From positions 32,182 through 96,181 of the IMG/VR virus record IMGVR_UViG_3300045988_047044: DNA of 64,000 nt. One strand, given 5' to 3'. Below, piece after piece: positions 10,179-20,463 of the stretch (position 1 is its first letter; every line of letters starts with the position of its first letter). This stretch comes from a virus. The translations under genes and the position numbers were made by a program. The notes under the pieces were generated by a model, which worked only from the letters and a program-made list of their open reading frames with translations, searched no databases and was not told the origin of the DNA.

Positions 10179-10547
10179 CTATTCAAAGTAGTCTGGGAAC
10201 TTATCTTTTAATATTTCAGATATGTCCACGCCAGTCAGTTCAGCCATAGATAATTCTTCCAACATTGCGTCTTCAGAATCGTCCACACTACCGTCAGCGC
10301 TATCAATAAGATTGAGCAGTAATTGAGCTTTCTCATCAGTCAGCCCGTCTTGCGCCCATTTACTTACTACTTCTGCAAAGAATTCATCGAACTCATAAGA
10401 AGTTTGCTCGTCTTCATCAGCGATTGCATTCTTCTTGGCAAACAGTTCTTTGATGTCTTCATCTGTAATAGTTCCGGCTTTATCATAAGCCGCGTTCAAT
10501 GACTCTATAAGAGAGTCTTGTTCATCGAATGTCATTGTTGTTAACAA
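10179..10547 (-). CDS. highly acidic protein (candidate DNA-mimic or anti-restriction)
   Basis: 122 aa that is strongly enriched in Asp and Glu and has no TM segment; it resembles the Ocr and ArdA acidic DNA mimics in composition only. Confidence 0.35.
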   Translation of the reverse strand: MLTTMTFDEQDSLIESLNAAYDKAGTITDEDIKELFAKKNAIADEDEQTSYEFDEFFAEVVSKWAQDGLTDEKAQLLLNLIDSADGSVDDSEDAMLEELSMAELTGVDISEILKDKFPDYFE

Positions 10548-10700
10548 TTAATGTTAAGAACATGTGAATAGTCTATTCACACCAACCCTCAAGGGCTTAA
10601 GATAATGTATGGTAATCAAATCACCATTACAGCAGTGGGGACTGCTTAAACAGGCATTTCACTCTCAATTATGCCTGTGGTTATGTTAGAATAAAGAAAT

Positions 10701-11024
10701 TCACTTCTTCCAGGATATGAATAGATATTCTCCAACTAAGCCAGGATATCCTTCTTTATCAATAACCTTAACGAAGAATCGTTTATCTTCGTAGTATTTA
10801 AGGATTTCATCCTTGGCTTTAGCTACATCATCATTCAAATCCATAACAAGACTAAAGTAATTGTTCTCACTCTTAGCCTTAATAAGTTGGTCAGTAGTAT
10901 CTAGAAACCTCTTAATTAGAGTTTCTTGTGTCACCACTTCATTGTAAGTGGCAACTGAATATGCCTCGTCCGCATTCATAGATTCACCTTCCAACAATTT
11001 ACCAAAATTAAAGATATTCTTCAT
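10701..11024 (-). CDS. hypothetical protein
   Basis: 107 aa ORF. Confidence 0.35.
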   Translation of the reverse strand: MKNIFNFGKLLEGESMNADEAYSVATYNEVVTQETLIKRFLDTTDQLIKAKSENNYFSLVMDLNDDVAKAKDEILKYYEDKRFFVKVIDKEGYPGLVGEYLFISWKK

Positions 11025-11125
11025 AATAACTAATAATTGGTTTGTGACTCAGGTGGGGCTCTAACCCACAACCCTCTCCTTAGGACGGAGATGCTCTATA
11101 CTATTGAGCTACTGAGCCTTGAAAG

Positions 11126-11491
11126 CTATACGTTAATACTCCCAGTGTGTCTGCCTTTTACTTTAACAGAGTTAGCATCAATGTCTCCTTGTACATTACC
11201 ACCAACCTCAATACTGTTAGCTTCTATAGAACCTCCCACATTGCCTTTAACTTTAACACTATTACCATGTACAGTAAATGCGTCTCCGTCAATATCACAT
11301 GTGTTGCAGTTAAGCTCTTTTACGTTACCAGTAAAACTGATATGTACACTATCCTTATTCGTTTCAGATATTAATTTACCATTTACGTAAATTTTACGCT
11401 TGATTTGTGAGATAGTGATATTGTCCTCTTCAATGTTATAGGACTCATTATCAATAAATAACTTATTCATGATTCTTTTTATCCAGTTCAT
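11126..11491 (-). CDS. beta-helical repeat protein (bactofilin-like repeats)
   Basis: Tandem ~9-residue repeats GNVKE.../GNSVKVKGNVGGSIEANSIEVGGNVQGDIDANSVKVKG. Confidence 0.35.
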   Translation of the reverse strand: MNWIKRIMNKLFIDNESYNIEEDNITISQIKRKIYVNGKLISETNKDSVHISFTGNVKELNCNTCDIDGDAFTVHGNSVKVKGNVGGSIEANSIEVGGNVQGDIDANSVKVKGRHTGSINV

Positions 11492-12090
11492 CTTCCTTCG
11501 TAATACTTAATCAGTTTATCAAATGCTTCAATCCTAGCATTGTGACCCTTCTCGTCATCGGGAGTCCACCAAAATGCCTTACCATACCTGTCTTTAGGCG
11601 CACCTAAAAACTCTCTATTGAACTCGGGGAACATGGCAACTACATCACATTCATCGTAGATGTTGATTCCTCGTTCGGTTCCAGCCATAGCATGCTCGAT
11701 ACAAAAGCACATTCCCCAGTATTCTGAATGGTCTTCAAACAGCTTCTTAGCTTTTAGTAAGATAGCGTGCTTATTGATTCTTTCTGTGTACCAATGGATG
11801 AGTTTATCGAAGGCTATAAGCCTGTGTTTCTTCTCATCTACGGGCCACCAAAAGACCAGCCTAGCTACTTCTTCTCGTTTGACATTACCTCCTAGAAACT
11901 CTGGGTTAAACTCCGGAATTAATGCCACTAATTCATTATAAGAGGGAGGTATTCCTTCTTTAAACACTCCGTTGAATGCTTGCTTCATATAGTGGCACAT
12001 ACCACCATTCTTATCACTACCTGGCTTTGTATCTTTATCGTACAAGTCTTTAGCAGTCTTTAATCTTTTAATAATTTCTAAGTTAGTCAT
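11488..12090 (-). CDS. hypothetical protein with internal duplication
   Basis: Two copies of a ~90 aa module: ...EFNPEFLGGNVKREEVARLVFWWPVDEKKHRLIAFDKLIHWY and ...EFNREFLGAPKDRYGKAFWWTPDDEKGHNARIEAFDKLIKYY. Confidence 0.4.
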   Translation of the reverse strand: MTNLEIIKRLKTAKDLYDKDTKPGSDKNGGMCHYMKQAFNGVFKEGIPPSYNELVALIPEFNPEFLGGNVKREEVARLVFWWPVDEKKHRLIAFDKLIHWYTERINKHAILLKAKKLFEDHSEYWGMCFCIEHAMAGTERGINIYDECDVVAMFPEFNREFLGAPKDRYGKAFWWTPDDEKGHNARIEAFDKLIKYYEGR

Positions 12091-12110
12091 CTCTTTCCTT
12101 ATTAAGTTAG

Positions 12111-12182
12111 TAGTCCCAGGCAGAGTCGAACTGCCATTTCAGGTTCCGTAGACCAGCGTTCTATCCATTGAACTATGGGACC
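12111..12182 (-). tRNA. tRNA-Arg(ACG): tRNA-Arg (anticodon ACG)
   Basis: Minus-strand cloverleaf: acceptor GGTCCCA/TGGGACT, T-arm GGCAG-TTCGACT-CTGCC and anticodon loop CTACGGA. Confidence 0.55.
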
Positions 12183-12329
12183 ATACAGGAAGCAATTCCG
12201 ATTTAACGGCCGCCCTTGCCAGTATCACGTACTGGGCTTTTCACGTGGACGGTCTGTCAGCATAACTCACAGTATTACTTACATGCTTCCTTTAAAGTTT
12301 AGCCTCTTCCAGCGCAAGAGCACTTATAG

Positions 12330-12596
12330 TCACTCTTCGCCATAGTACATCAAGTATAGCACCTGCTGACGCAAACCATATCTACGTGTAACCACGTTAG
12401 CTTCCGCTCTCCTGGAAAGCGCAGCATTGATACTCCTCTTGAGTTTATCGGCATCAAATAGCAAACCAGTTACTCCTACTAATCCATTAGGCTCATCAGC
12501 GCAGATGTAATCTACTGCTTCAAAGAGCTGGGCTTTAGTTTCAGAACTGTTCACCTTCTGCCATTTCTTTATTTCTTTCTCAAAGTCCATAATCAA
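12330..12596 (-). CDS. hypothetical protein
   Basis: 88 aa; 4-nt overlap with the upstream ORF. Confidence 0.35.
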   Translation of the reverse strand: MIMDFEKEIKKWQKVNSSETKAQLFEAVDYICADEPNGLVGVTGLLFDADKLKRSINAALSRRAEANVVTRRYGLRQQVLYLMYYGEE

Positions 12597-12967
12597 TTAA
12601 GTGCTTCAAGTTCTTTAGCTAATTCTTCCAGAGATTTGCCTTCGAGTTCAGCGTCTTGTTTCTTAGCCATAAGGTCAAGAATCTTCTGACGCTTAGCTTT
12701 CTTCTCACTTTCAAGTAGACGGTCTTCCTGTTCTTGCAACTTAACATCAATAATGTGTTTTGCAATATTGAATTTCAGTTCAAGTTCGGTAGTGTCCTTA
12801 GTCCGGGTTTTGATGAAGCTTTCAGTTTTAGACTCTTGCAATTTCTTGTTAAGAGCAATTGCAATATTGTCAAGTTGAATTAAGGGTAAATCCCACAAGT
12901 CTTCAACAGAAAGAACTCCACGTTGCGTGTTAAAACGCAATTTCATTCTAGATGCTTTCTCAAACAT
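12593..12967 (-). CDS. hypothetical coiled-coil protein
   Basis: 124 aa, rich in Lys, Glu and Leu. Confidence 0.35.
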   Translation of the reverse strand: MFEKASRMKLRFNTQRGVLSVEDLWDLPLIQLDNIAIALNKKLQESKTESFIKTRTKDTTELELKFNIAKHIIDVKLQEQEDRLLESEKKAKRQKILDLMAKKQDAELEGKSLEELAKELEALN

Positions 12968-12969
12968 AA

Positions 12970-13908
12970 TTATAGCATTAAATTGTTAATACGTTTATAT
13001 TCTTCAAACACCTTGTCCTCTGATTCTTCTCCCCACATACTGTGAATGAGAACACCGTAAGCACAAGGCTGGTACACAATAGGGTCTACTGCCTTCTTAG
13101 TGATTGTAACCTCTGGATTGTTTAATTGACCAGGAGGGCAAGCTACAAATAGCTCATTTCTACCTATCTTAACAGCATCAAAGGAAACTATGTTAGGATA
13201 GCTAAAACCCTTTACATCAGCAGGAAGACCAGGATTCTTGTTAACTATACTGGACAGCCTGAGTGTGCCTTCTATATCAGGACCAACAACTATATGATTA
13301 TGTGATTCTATGTATTTCTTCAGATTGTTCAACATAGTTTCGCTGTCATTATATCCATAGTTGATACCTGTAACATAATAATATGCTCCATTAGTACACT
13401 CCAACCCCAAATCAGAGAACATTGGTCCTTCACCATTAAGCTTGCGCTTAACTTTTATGATTTCTCTGATGTTGCGGTCAGGAATTACTCCAGTGTATTG
13501 TTTTAGTAGACCTTTGACAAGTTTATATTTCTTACAAACTTCATCAAATTGTTTAGAGCCAACCAAAAGAGTACTCTCTCCGAACACCTCTCTTGCACGC
13601 TTTACGAAATTAAATAGGTTCTTAGCGCGCATGGCATCCAGAGCTATCTGATTATATTCAGATATTTTAGCCTGTAATAGCCTGGCATTCTTTGAGCTAC
13701 CTAGCCCAGCATCAACCAACGTGTTGTATTCTCTTACTAATGTATCTCTATTAGGAATATCAACTGATGTCTTGGAAACAGAACGTAGATATTCCTCCAT
13801 ACATAAAGCAAGAGCCATAGCTATGCTGGACTGAATAGTCATCACCGGCACGTCAACCACTTCTGGAGTTATAACTTCAGAATCATTGCGTTTTAGAAAT
13901 CTAAACAT
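12970..13908 (-). CDS. uncharacterised paralog family protein, copy A
   Basis: Shares an N-terminal AGLGSSKNA block and a C-terminal ...GVLIHSMWGEESEDKVFEEY block with ORFs 15925..16791 and 21533..22384. Confidence 0.5.
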   Translation of the reverse strand: MFRFLKRNDSEVITPEVVDVPVMTIQSSIAMALALCMEEYLRSVSKTSVDIPNRDTLVREYNTLVDAGLGSSKNARLLQAKISEYNQIALDAMRAKNLFNFVKRAREVFGESTLLVGSKQFDEVCKKYKLVKGLLKQYTGVIPDRNIREIIKVKRKLNGEGPMFSDLGLECTNGAYYYVTGINYGYNDSETMLNNLKKYIESHNHIVVGPDIEGTLRLSSIVNKNPGLPADVKGFSYPNIVSFDAVKIGRNELFVACPPGQLNNPEVTITKKAVDPIVYQPCAYGVLIHSMWGEESEDKVFEEYKRINNLML

Positions 13909-15920
13909 CAGAAATTGACTTTTAAAGTTCTACTAAATGTTCCGTCCACTTTAACAATAACGGAATTACGCATAGTAGATGAGAATCCTAATCCACTCAA
14001 TTGATGTTCTTGGTAAGGAGTCTTCATCTTATCAGCTAGAACCTCAAATACCTTACGGTGAGGAGTTAGCTCACTGTTAAGATATTCGTTAAAGAATCCA
14101 CGAACAGGCTCCGGATTCTTGCAATCGTCCAACATAAAGAAGTAATGTTTATTGCCAATACCCTGCTCATCCCAATAATTGGGAGACATCATCATCACGT
14201 TCACCTTATGGAACTTGTTAGTATCAATATTCCATATGCCTATTGACGAATTGCTAGTACTGGGTATTAGCTCTCTTATTTGGATGCCTTTAGATTTACT
14301 GTAAGTAATCTCGGCAACCATGACATTCTCTTTATGTTTAACGGGTTTGTCATAGACAAATTGTCGAACTTCTCCGTTATATTCTATTTCCAATGTAAAG
14401 CCTGTGTCAACAGATTCTCTACAACAGAAGTTATTAACATATACGGTGTAATTGCCTTCAAGCATCTTACGTTCGTCAACCCATATGATGTTCTCAACGG
14501 GTTTACGAGTTTTGCCATATCCAGCATTTTCATCCACGTCTAGCTTACCGCCACTTTTACCAGTTCTGTTAGAATAGTAGATTTCGTTGTATGAAGGTTC
14601 AACGACATGCAAATCCAAGTCATCATAGTTAGACCATGCCAACGAACATCTTAAGAACCCTTCAGTCTGACCGCCAGCAGCTCTTACTTTCTCTTTAATA
14701 GAATCAGCTACTCCTCCATTATATGTCCAAGCAAAGTTGTTCGGCCATTTAAATAGATTCTTAGCATCCTTATTAACAGGAGCTGTAAGAGTTACTAAGT
14801 TATTAGACAGCCTACTCTCCATTAATACTTCTATGTTAGTGGCAGTGGGTACCACATTAGCAATGAAATCATCAATGCTAATTTCAGTTAACTTGTCAAA
14901 CTTCTTAGGATTAACTTTAGTGTCTGCGGCCAGTTCCTCGAATATGTTTCCGGCCATTACCTTCTTGGCATCACGGTTAGCGAATATAACATTGTTGACT
15001 GTTATATCCTCTAAGGCAGCATGTCTACGAGGTAGAGAATCCATAAGACCTAGTTCCTGCACTTTCTTCTGTGCTTCCTCAATCATTCTTTTAGTAACAA
15101 TTGACTTAGGTCTTTGATAGTTCTCTGGAGCCATGATACGTTCGTATGCAGTCACACAATCGTCCAATTCAAGTCCTGATGATATATTTACCAACAATGT
15201 ACCAATTGCCGTATTACGAATGCGTGCACATCCTACACGATTGAAGTTTGCCCAACACCAGTTGTCTTTCTCTTCATCAGGTAATGAATCATAGTGTCTT
15301 TTATGACCCAGGAATACACTTAAGTCATTTTTAAACTGTTCTCCTCTATATAAAGCATTCTGACCTATTAAGTCCAGAACTGTTTCTATAGAATCGATAG
15401 TTAATTCCTCCAGTGCACGTTTGAACACTTCCTTAGTTGTGCGTAAAGTCCCCATTACAGCAGATACGGATTCAGTTCCTGTATACACCAATTGATTTGG
15501 CATATGATAGTAAAGATGACTCCAGGTAATTACTTTAGGACCTTGCAAACTGTCAATATAGACATTGTTTCTATCAATTCCTAGTTCATAATCACGAGTG
15601 ATAAAAACATCTACAACTGGTTTTGATTTCACTAATGCATCGAGATTTCTAGCTACAGTAGCATAAGGTTCATCCAACTGTAGGTTCTCCCACATGGTTA
15701 CTACTTTATTGTCTTTAATGGCGACAACTCTACCATAATGTCTGATATAATGTTTACAATTGTTGCAATTATGAGACTGTCTCTCTTCCTCCGGAAAGGA
15801 ATTAAGGTAACAATCCCATAATGCGTCCTTGTCTACATTAGTCAGAAAGAGCATGTCTGCACCAGCAGCTAGTTGATTAAACTGCGCATGGACTGCTCTT
15901 TTAAACTTGACAAATTCCAT
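13908..15920 (-). CDS. large hypothetical protein (670 aa), function unknown
   Basis: Long intact ORF between paralog copies A and B; CNNCKHY near the N-terminus; no confident family assignment. Confidence 0.5.
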   Translation of the reverse strand: MEFVKFKRAVHAQFNQLAAGADMLFLTNVDKDALWDCYLNSFPEEERQSHNCNNCKHYIRHYGRVVAIKDNKVVTMWENLQLDEPYATVARNLDALVKSKPVVDVFITRDYELGIDRNNVYIDSLQGPKVITWSHLYYHMPNQLVYTGTESVSAVMGTLRTTKEVFKRALEELTIDSIETVLDLIGQNALYRGEQFKNDLSVFLGHKRHYDSLPDEEKDNWCWANFNRVGCARIRNTAIGTLLVNISSGLELDDCVTAYERIMAPENYQRPKSIVTKRMIEEAQKKVQELGLMDSLPRRHAALEDITVNNVIFANRDAKKVMAGNIFEELAADTKVNPKKFDKLTEISIDDFIANVVPTATNIEVLMESRLSNNLVTLTAPVNKDAKNLFKWPNNFAWTYNGGVADSIKEKVRAAGGQTEGFLRCSLAWSNYDDLDLHVVEPSYNEIYYSNRTGKSGGKLDVDENAGYGKTRKPVENIIWVDERKMLEGNYTVYVNNFCCRESVDTGFTLEIEYNGEVRQFVYDKPVKHKENVMVAEITYSKSKGIQIRELIPSTSNSSIGIWNIDTNKFHKVNVMMMSPNYWDEQGIGNKHYFFMLDDCKNPEPVRGFFNEYLNSELTPHRKVFEVLADKMKTPYQEHQLSGLGFSSTMRNSVIVKVDGTFSRTLKVNF

Positions 15921-15924
15921 AATC

Positions 15925-16791
15925 TTATAAAGGTTTAATATTGTCGAATATATTGTCTTCGGCTTCTACTCCCCATTTAGAGTGAATCATTACCCCTATT
16001 GGAGTTACTTGAAACACAAATGGGTCATTATTGATAGGAATAATCTTCCTTTCTGGAACCGTAAACTGCATCGTTTCATTCATTTCTTCAATAGGAGCGG
16101 CAATGAATAAGTCAGCGCTGCTACATTCTTTCGAATCAGCAATGTTCACATCATGTGCCTTGGCTTTATTAAGGATATGAAAGAATGGATATGCATTCAT
16201 TCTAGCCTTATTTCTACTCAAATACATAAGTCCAATATGGGAAGGTTCCTGCCTAATGAAGTACCTTCCAACCGGATAGGACATGCTATCAATAGGCATA
16301 GGGTGAGTAGCAACTTGCATACCAGTAACATACCGTAAAGGTGAACCGTTTCCGCTATAGTTAACATACTCATTTGCTTCAAGTGCTTGAGCAGTGGCCA
16401 TTACCTTAGAGATTTCATCAATGTTCTCGTCAGGCACAGAACCTTTATAAGCTGATAGTCTTCCAACAACTAATCCATACTTAACATTCAGATTAATGAA
16501 ATCCTCCTCCTTAAGTATCAATGAGCCAGGGAAATGTCTTTGCAAAAAGCTATAACATTTTAAGACTTTAAGGTCCTCTTCCGAAGTGATAGCATCACCT
16601 ACTTCTTTAGAATTAGTAAATCCTAAAGCTTTCAGTTTGACAGCCTTATCAACTAGTTGATGATTCGGATTCAGACCCTTAATAGTCTTCATGTACTCTA
16701 CAGCCATTAGAGTATAAGCTAATTGCACTTCTTGGGCTGTGAATCTCTTTGTGCCTACAGACGTATCTGTAGAAGGACTAAAATTGTTCAT
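15925..16791 (-). CDS. uncharacterised paralog family protein, copy B
   Basis: C-terminal ...IGVMIHSKWGVEAEDNIFDNI and an N-terminal ALGFTNSKEV block matching copies A and C. Confidence 0.5.
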   Translation of the reverse strand: MNNFSPSTDTSVGTKRFTAQEVQLAYTLMAVEYMKTIKGLNPNHQLVDKAVKLKALGFTNSKEVGDAITSEEDLKVLKCYSFLQRHFPGSLILKEEDFINLNVKYGLVVGRLSAYKGSVPDENIDEISKVMATAQALEANEYVNYSGNGSPLRYVTGMQVATHPMPIDSMSYPVGRYFIRQEPSHIGLMYLSRNKARMNAYPFFHILNKAKAHDVNIADSKECSSADLFIAAPIEEMNETMQFTVPERKIIPINNDPFVFQVTPIGVMIHSKWGVEAEDNIFDNIKPL

Positions 16792-16913
16792 AATTACTTT
16801 TGTTTAACTGAACCTGGTCTGGTAGTAGCTCTCTTAAATGAATCAGATTGCTTATCCCACCAAGCCTGTCGGTCTTTAAGACGTTGTACTTTCTTCTTGT
16901 ATTTTCATAGGTT

Positions 16914-17387
16914 TTATCCTATTTCGTTACTAGCATTATAAGCAAGCTTGTCGGCTTCCTTATTATGTTCATCACTTGCGTGACCTTTACACCACTCAAC
17001 AGACACTACTTTATGCCTGTTCACAGCCTTATCAAGACGTTCCCACAAATCAGTATTGGCTTTCCTCTTCCACCCTTTAGTAAGAGTTCCTACAATATAC
17101 ATAGAATCTGTTACTATTGTAATTTCAGAAGGTTCCTTTATAGATTCCAGGGCAACTATGACAGCCATTTGCTCCATTCGCTGATTGGTGCTGTTCTTAT
17201 ACATCTTACTGTATTGGAATATCTTTTTGTCATCCTCTAAAATGACAAAGCCTATTCCCCCTTGATTTCTCGCAGGGGAATAGGCACCATCACAGTATAT
17301 TCTGTACTTATGCGTCGGCATTAGGATTCTCAACAAAATCCTCATCATCCTCATCTTCTTCAGTTTCGGATATGACATCTTCATCAA
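16914..17387 (-). CDS. rnhA: ribonuclease H (RNase HI)
   Basis: CDGAYSPARNQGGIGFVI ... EQMAVIVALE ... TIVTDSMYIV ... WCKGHASDEHNKEADKLA, matching the RNase HI catalytic D-E-D-D pattern and motif order. Confidence 0.7.
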   Translation of the reverse strand: MMKMSYPKLKKMRMMRILLRILMPTHKYRIYCDGAYSPARNQGGIGFVILEDDKKIFQYSKMYKNSTNQRMEQMAVIVALESIKEPSEITIVTDSMYIVGTLTKGWKRKANTDLWERLDKAVNRHKVVSVEWCKGHASDEHNKEADKLAYNASNEIG

Positions 17388-17838
17388 TAAGGTGCTTAAC
17401 CCACATACCTAAGATAAAGATGACATAGAATTTGTCTTCCTCCTGTTTGTAGTTAACCTTGTCAGAGACTTCATTAACTACATCTAACATTGTGAACTCC
17501 TCTTTAGCCATAGCATCATCAGCTATAGCAGACATTTCTTCTACATAAGGTCTAGCCTTCTGCATCGCTTCGTCAAAACTCTTTACTAAGGCTATGCCTT
17601 CATCACCTCTAATTTGCATAGCAACAGATAGAGGTTGTTGCAATTCATTTCTAAAGAAGCCCAAATAGAAAGCTTTCTCTACATTTCCGTTCACGAAGTC
17701 ATTGAAAGATTTAGCTTTCATTACTTCTTCTACTTTGAAATCAATTTCTGATACGTCTCTGATTTTGTCCATAATGTTATGATAGCAACCCACCAATCTT
17801 CTCGGCCATGGCTGTTGCTTTGTTAGAAACTGCTTCAA
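17308..17838 (-). CDS. hypothetical acidic protein
   Basis: 176 aa with an acidic C-terminal tail (EDEDDEDFVENPNADA). Confidence 0.35.
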   Translation of the reverse strand: MKQFLTKQQPWPRRLVGCYHNIMDKIRDVSEIDFKVEEVMKAKSFNDFVNGNVEKAFYLGFFRNELQQPLSVAMQIRGDEGIALVKSFDEAMQKARPYVEEMSAIADDAMAKEEFTMLDVVNEVSDKVNYKQEEDKFYVIFILGMWVKHLIDEDVISETEEDEDDEDFVENPNADA

Positions 17839-18028
17839 GGTTTGCAGCTTCAGTTTGTAATTCGATAATCTCTTGTTCTCTAACCTCTTTCTCTGCTTGA
17901 GCTCTAGATGCTACCTCTTTAAGATTGGTAACAGCTTTCTCAAATACATCAATAATCTTAGCTGATTCCTCGGCTAGTGAGGTACTTGTTACTTTAGCCG
18001 GTTCGGCTGATTGTTTCTTTCCAAACAT
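17777..18028 (-). CDS. hypothetical coiled-coil protein
   Basis: 83 aa, predicted coiled coil. Confidence 0.3.
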   Translation of the reverse strand: MFGKKQSAEPAKVTSTSLAEESAKIIDVFEKAVTNLKEVASRAQAEKEVREQEIIELQTEAANLEAVSNKATAMAEKIGGLLS

Positions 18029-18059
18029 CTTATAGGATTAGAATTACAGGGTTCAGGGT

Positions 18060-18142
18060 GAGCGGCTGTCGGGAATCGAACCCAATCTATCACTTGTGCG
18101 CATACTAAAATTAGTGATGTGCCCTCCTTTACACTACAACCG
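18060..18142 (-). tRNA. tRNA-like element with oversized anticodon loop
   Basis: Acceptor GCGGTTG/CAGCCGC, D-arm GTGT-AAAGGAGG-GCAC and T-arm TTGGG-TTCGATT-CCCGA are canonical. The anticodon stem TCACT/AGTGA encloses an 18-nt loop AATTTTAGTATGCGCACA instead of the usual 7. Confidence 0.35.
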
Positions 18143-18410
18143 CATGGAGCAGTGGTTAGAATACTAATAGTCAAACACTGATAGTCATTCCTAAAGAGGT
18201 GTTCTGCAACCACCCCACAGTCAGCGCTAAACTGCACGTCTTATTACATACGCTCAACTCTGCTTTAGTTGTCATCGATGGACTTTATTTAACCCAGATT
18301 CCAGCCTGGTCTATACTCGTTTCCTTTTAAGCTTACCACACTTGGAACATACTAGTAAGTATCTGTTACAATCAGTATAGCTAGTTTTTGCTATTATAGT
18401 CCATTCATGC

Positions 18411-19604
18411 CTACATGCTAGTTTCTCTAGCCATTTCTTGAATAGTTCTTTCATAATCAATTCGTTTTACTAATGGATATAGTTGCCCATAGCCGTGATT
18501 AACTGTTATACACCTAGATGTTATAGACAGACGATAGTGAGCATTGTTAATTTCGTTAGTAAGATACTCCATAGTTACAGGAGTTACTCCGTCACTAAAT
18601 GTAACAGTTATGCCCGCTTCTATATCTTCTACACTCTTAGTAAGAGCATCTAAGCTACTTTGAATTTCTGCATATCTAGGATTAGGAATCTGCTCCGTCT
18701 CTAAATGCATAAAATGCTTAGATGTTTCACCTATATAACCTCCTTTGCTACATGGAATCGGAAGATAAACCCAGTTGTTATCAAACTTAACAGCTTGTTC
18801 ATAAGCATGAGTTCCAGGTCTAAAGAGTTGCTGGTACGTATCGACTTTAACTACTTCTCTAGTCCCAGGAAGTCTGCCTTGCTTGCCGTCTAACCACCAC
18901 CTTATATAGTCACGAGCATCACGCACATGATATACTGGCAACTCAACTGGAGTACCATTAACCATACACCAATAATGACCTAGCAACCTCGGTCTATAAA
19001 AGTCAGAGTCTGTTCCATTGGAGTCAGGATTAGAATTGGCAAATCCATAACAGTAATCATAATAGTCTGCTGCTTTATGAGGTTTAGCAATCTTACCAAA
19101 CTTGGGCAAAGCATGATTCCTGTTCTCCTTCCATTGCTTAGTACTAATGTTGTATCGACGACCTCTAGGAGTCTGCTCAACAGATTGTACTAATCCATTA
19201 TCATCAACTCTAAAGAACGCCTGTCTCCACCTATAATCAGTGAAGTAGTCGTCTAGGTATTCAGTTTTGTCAGTATTCTTAATTGGCTTAATCCACTCAT
19301 TCCAGGCTTTGGCTAGCTCTTTATAAGGCTTACCTACATACTTGGCTATGAATTTCACAATCCTAGATTCTTTAACGTATCCATAGCCGTGGTCCCAAGC
19401 TATATGACAACTTTTGTCTAATACCTTTCTACCATATCCTCTCTGCGCTGCCACTTCTTTAGATACTCTCAAATTGAAATCAGCATCAAAATCAGCTAGC
19501 GTCACTTTAGTAAGGTGTCTAGGATAGTAGCTTGGATTACGAGTATGCTTGCTTTTACGTTTATACTCTTTCCTATGACCAAGTTTAAGTCTTCGTTCAC
19601 TCAT
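18411..19604 (-). CDS. hypothetical protein
   Basis: 397 aa ORF with a basic N-terminus (KRKSKHTRNPSYYPRH). Confidence 0.45.
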   Translation of the reverse strand: MSERRLKLGHRKEYKRKSKHTRNPSYYPRHLTKVTLADFDADFNLRVSKEVAAQRGYGRKVLDKSCHIAWDHGYGYVKESRIVKFIAKYVGKPYKELAKAWNEWIKPIKNTDKTEYLDDYFTDYRWRQAFFRVDDNGLVQSVEQTPRGRRYNISTKQWKENRNHALPKFGKIAKPHKAADYYDYCYGFANSNPDSNGTDSDFYRPRLLGHYWCMVNGTPVELPVYHVRDARDYIRWWLDGKQGRLPGTREVVKVDTYQQLFRPGTHAYEQAVKFDNNWVYLPIPCSKGGYIGETSKHFMHLETEQIPNPRYAEIQSSLDALTKSVEDIEAGITVTFSDGVTPVTMEYLTNEINNAHYRLSITSRCITVNHGYGQLYPLVKRIDYERTIQEMARETSM

Positions 19605-19605
19605 G

Positions 19606-19890
19606 TTATAGTATTTTAGTTACTTTACCAAATACGGATTTGGTCCACCCATTAATCTTACCATGATTGTTGCCTATAAGAACTCCTCTGTCTCCCTTAG
19701 CTTTGACTAAGTGAGTATAGTATCTACCTTTAACTTTGCAGAATACTATATCACCTACCTCTACATCGCTAAGATTTATAGGACTCAAGACATGCTCTTG
19801 GCCAGATTTGATTAGAGGAGTCATAGAGTTTCCCTTCTCTGAGGTTCTGAAGGATTTTCCTTCGGTCAATAGTCTCTCCTTGTAATGCAT
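19606..19890 (-). CDS. S24/S26-family serine peptidase-like protein
   Basis: GNSMTPLI resembles the Ser-containing GDSM.P / SGSMEPTL motif, followed by VGDIVF and a conserved KAKG lysine. Confidence 0.4.
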   Translation of the reverse strand: MHYKERLLTEGKSFRTSEKGNSMTPLIKSGQEHVLSPINLSDVEVGDIVFCKVKGRYYTHLVKAKGDRGVLIGNNHGKINGWTKSVFGKVTKIL

Positions 19891-20260
19891 CGGCTTTAGA
19901 CATTAAATATACAAAGTTTAATCTCTCTTCCATGGTAGAGCCATTACTTATCCTTTCAAACAAGGTTAACTCTTGCCCATTCTTGTAGTTATAGTAAGAT
20001 ATCAACTCATTATATCTGACAGTTTTACTATTCAACGAAGCTATAGTCATTGGATATCTTCTTAGCACTACTCCCCTATATAAATCAACAAGTTCACCCA
20101 ATGAGTTGGCAATCTTTAATAACCTAACTACATTGGGTGAACCGTGTTTCTTATACCTAATAGCATAATTCTCCAGAGCAGCATCCCAATCATGGAACAC
20201 GTGTTGAGCTTGAGTTAAATCAATCTCAACTATTTTACGCAGGAACTCTTCTATAGTCAT
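19769..20260 (-). CDS. hypothetical protein
   Basis: 163 aa ORF. Confidence 0.35.
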   Translation of the reverse strand: MTIEEFLRKIVEIDLTQAQHVFHDWDAALENYAIRYKKHGSPNVVRLLKIANSLGELVDLYRGVVLRRYPMTIASLNSKTVRYNELISYYNYKNGQELTLFERISNGSTMEERLNFVYLMSKADALQGETIDRRKILQNLREGKLYDSSNQIWPRACLESYKS

Positions 20261-20463
20261 ATTAATTAGATATTGTAGGTGATGTTAACTTGTCAATTAG
20301 ATTCTTCATTGCTTCTTCACCAGCAGCAAAACCTTCAGAATATCCAATATTATATGCCTTCTCTATAGATACAGCAACAGCTTCCATGACGCTATTGCCC
20401 TCATACTGTTTCTTTAATTCTTCTAATAGTTCTTTCATAAATCCTCCTTCCTTTAATTATTAG

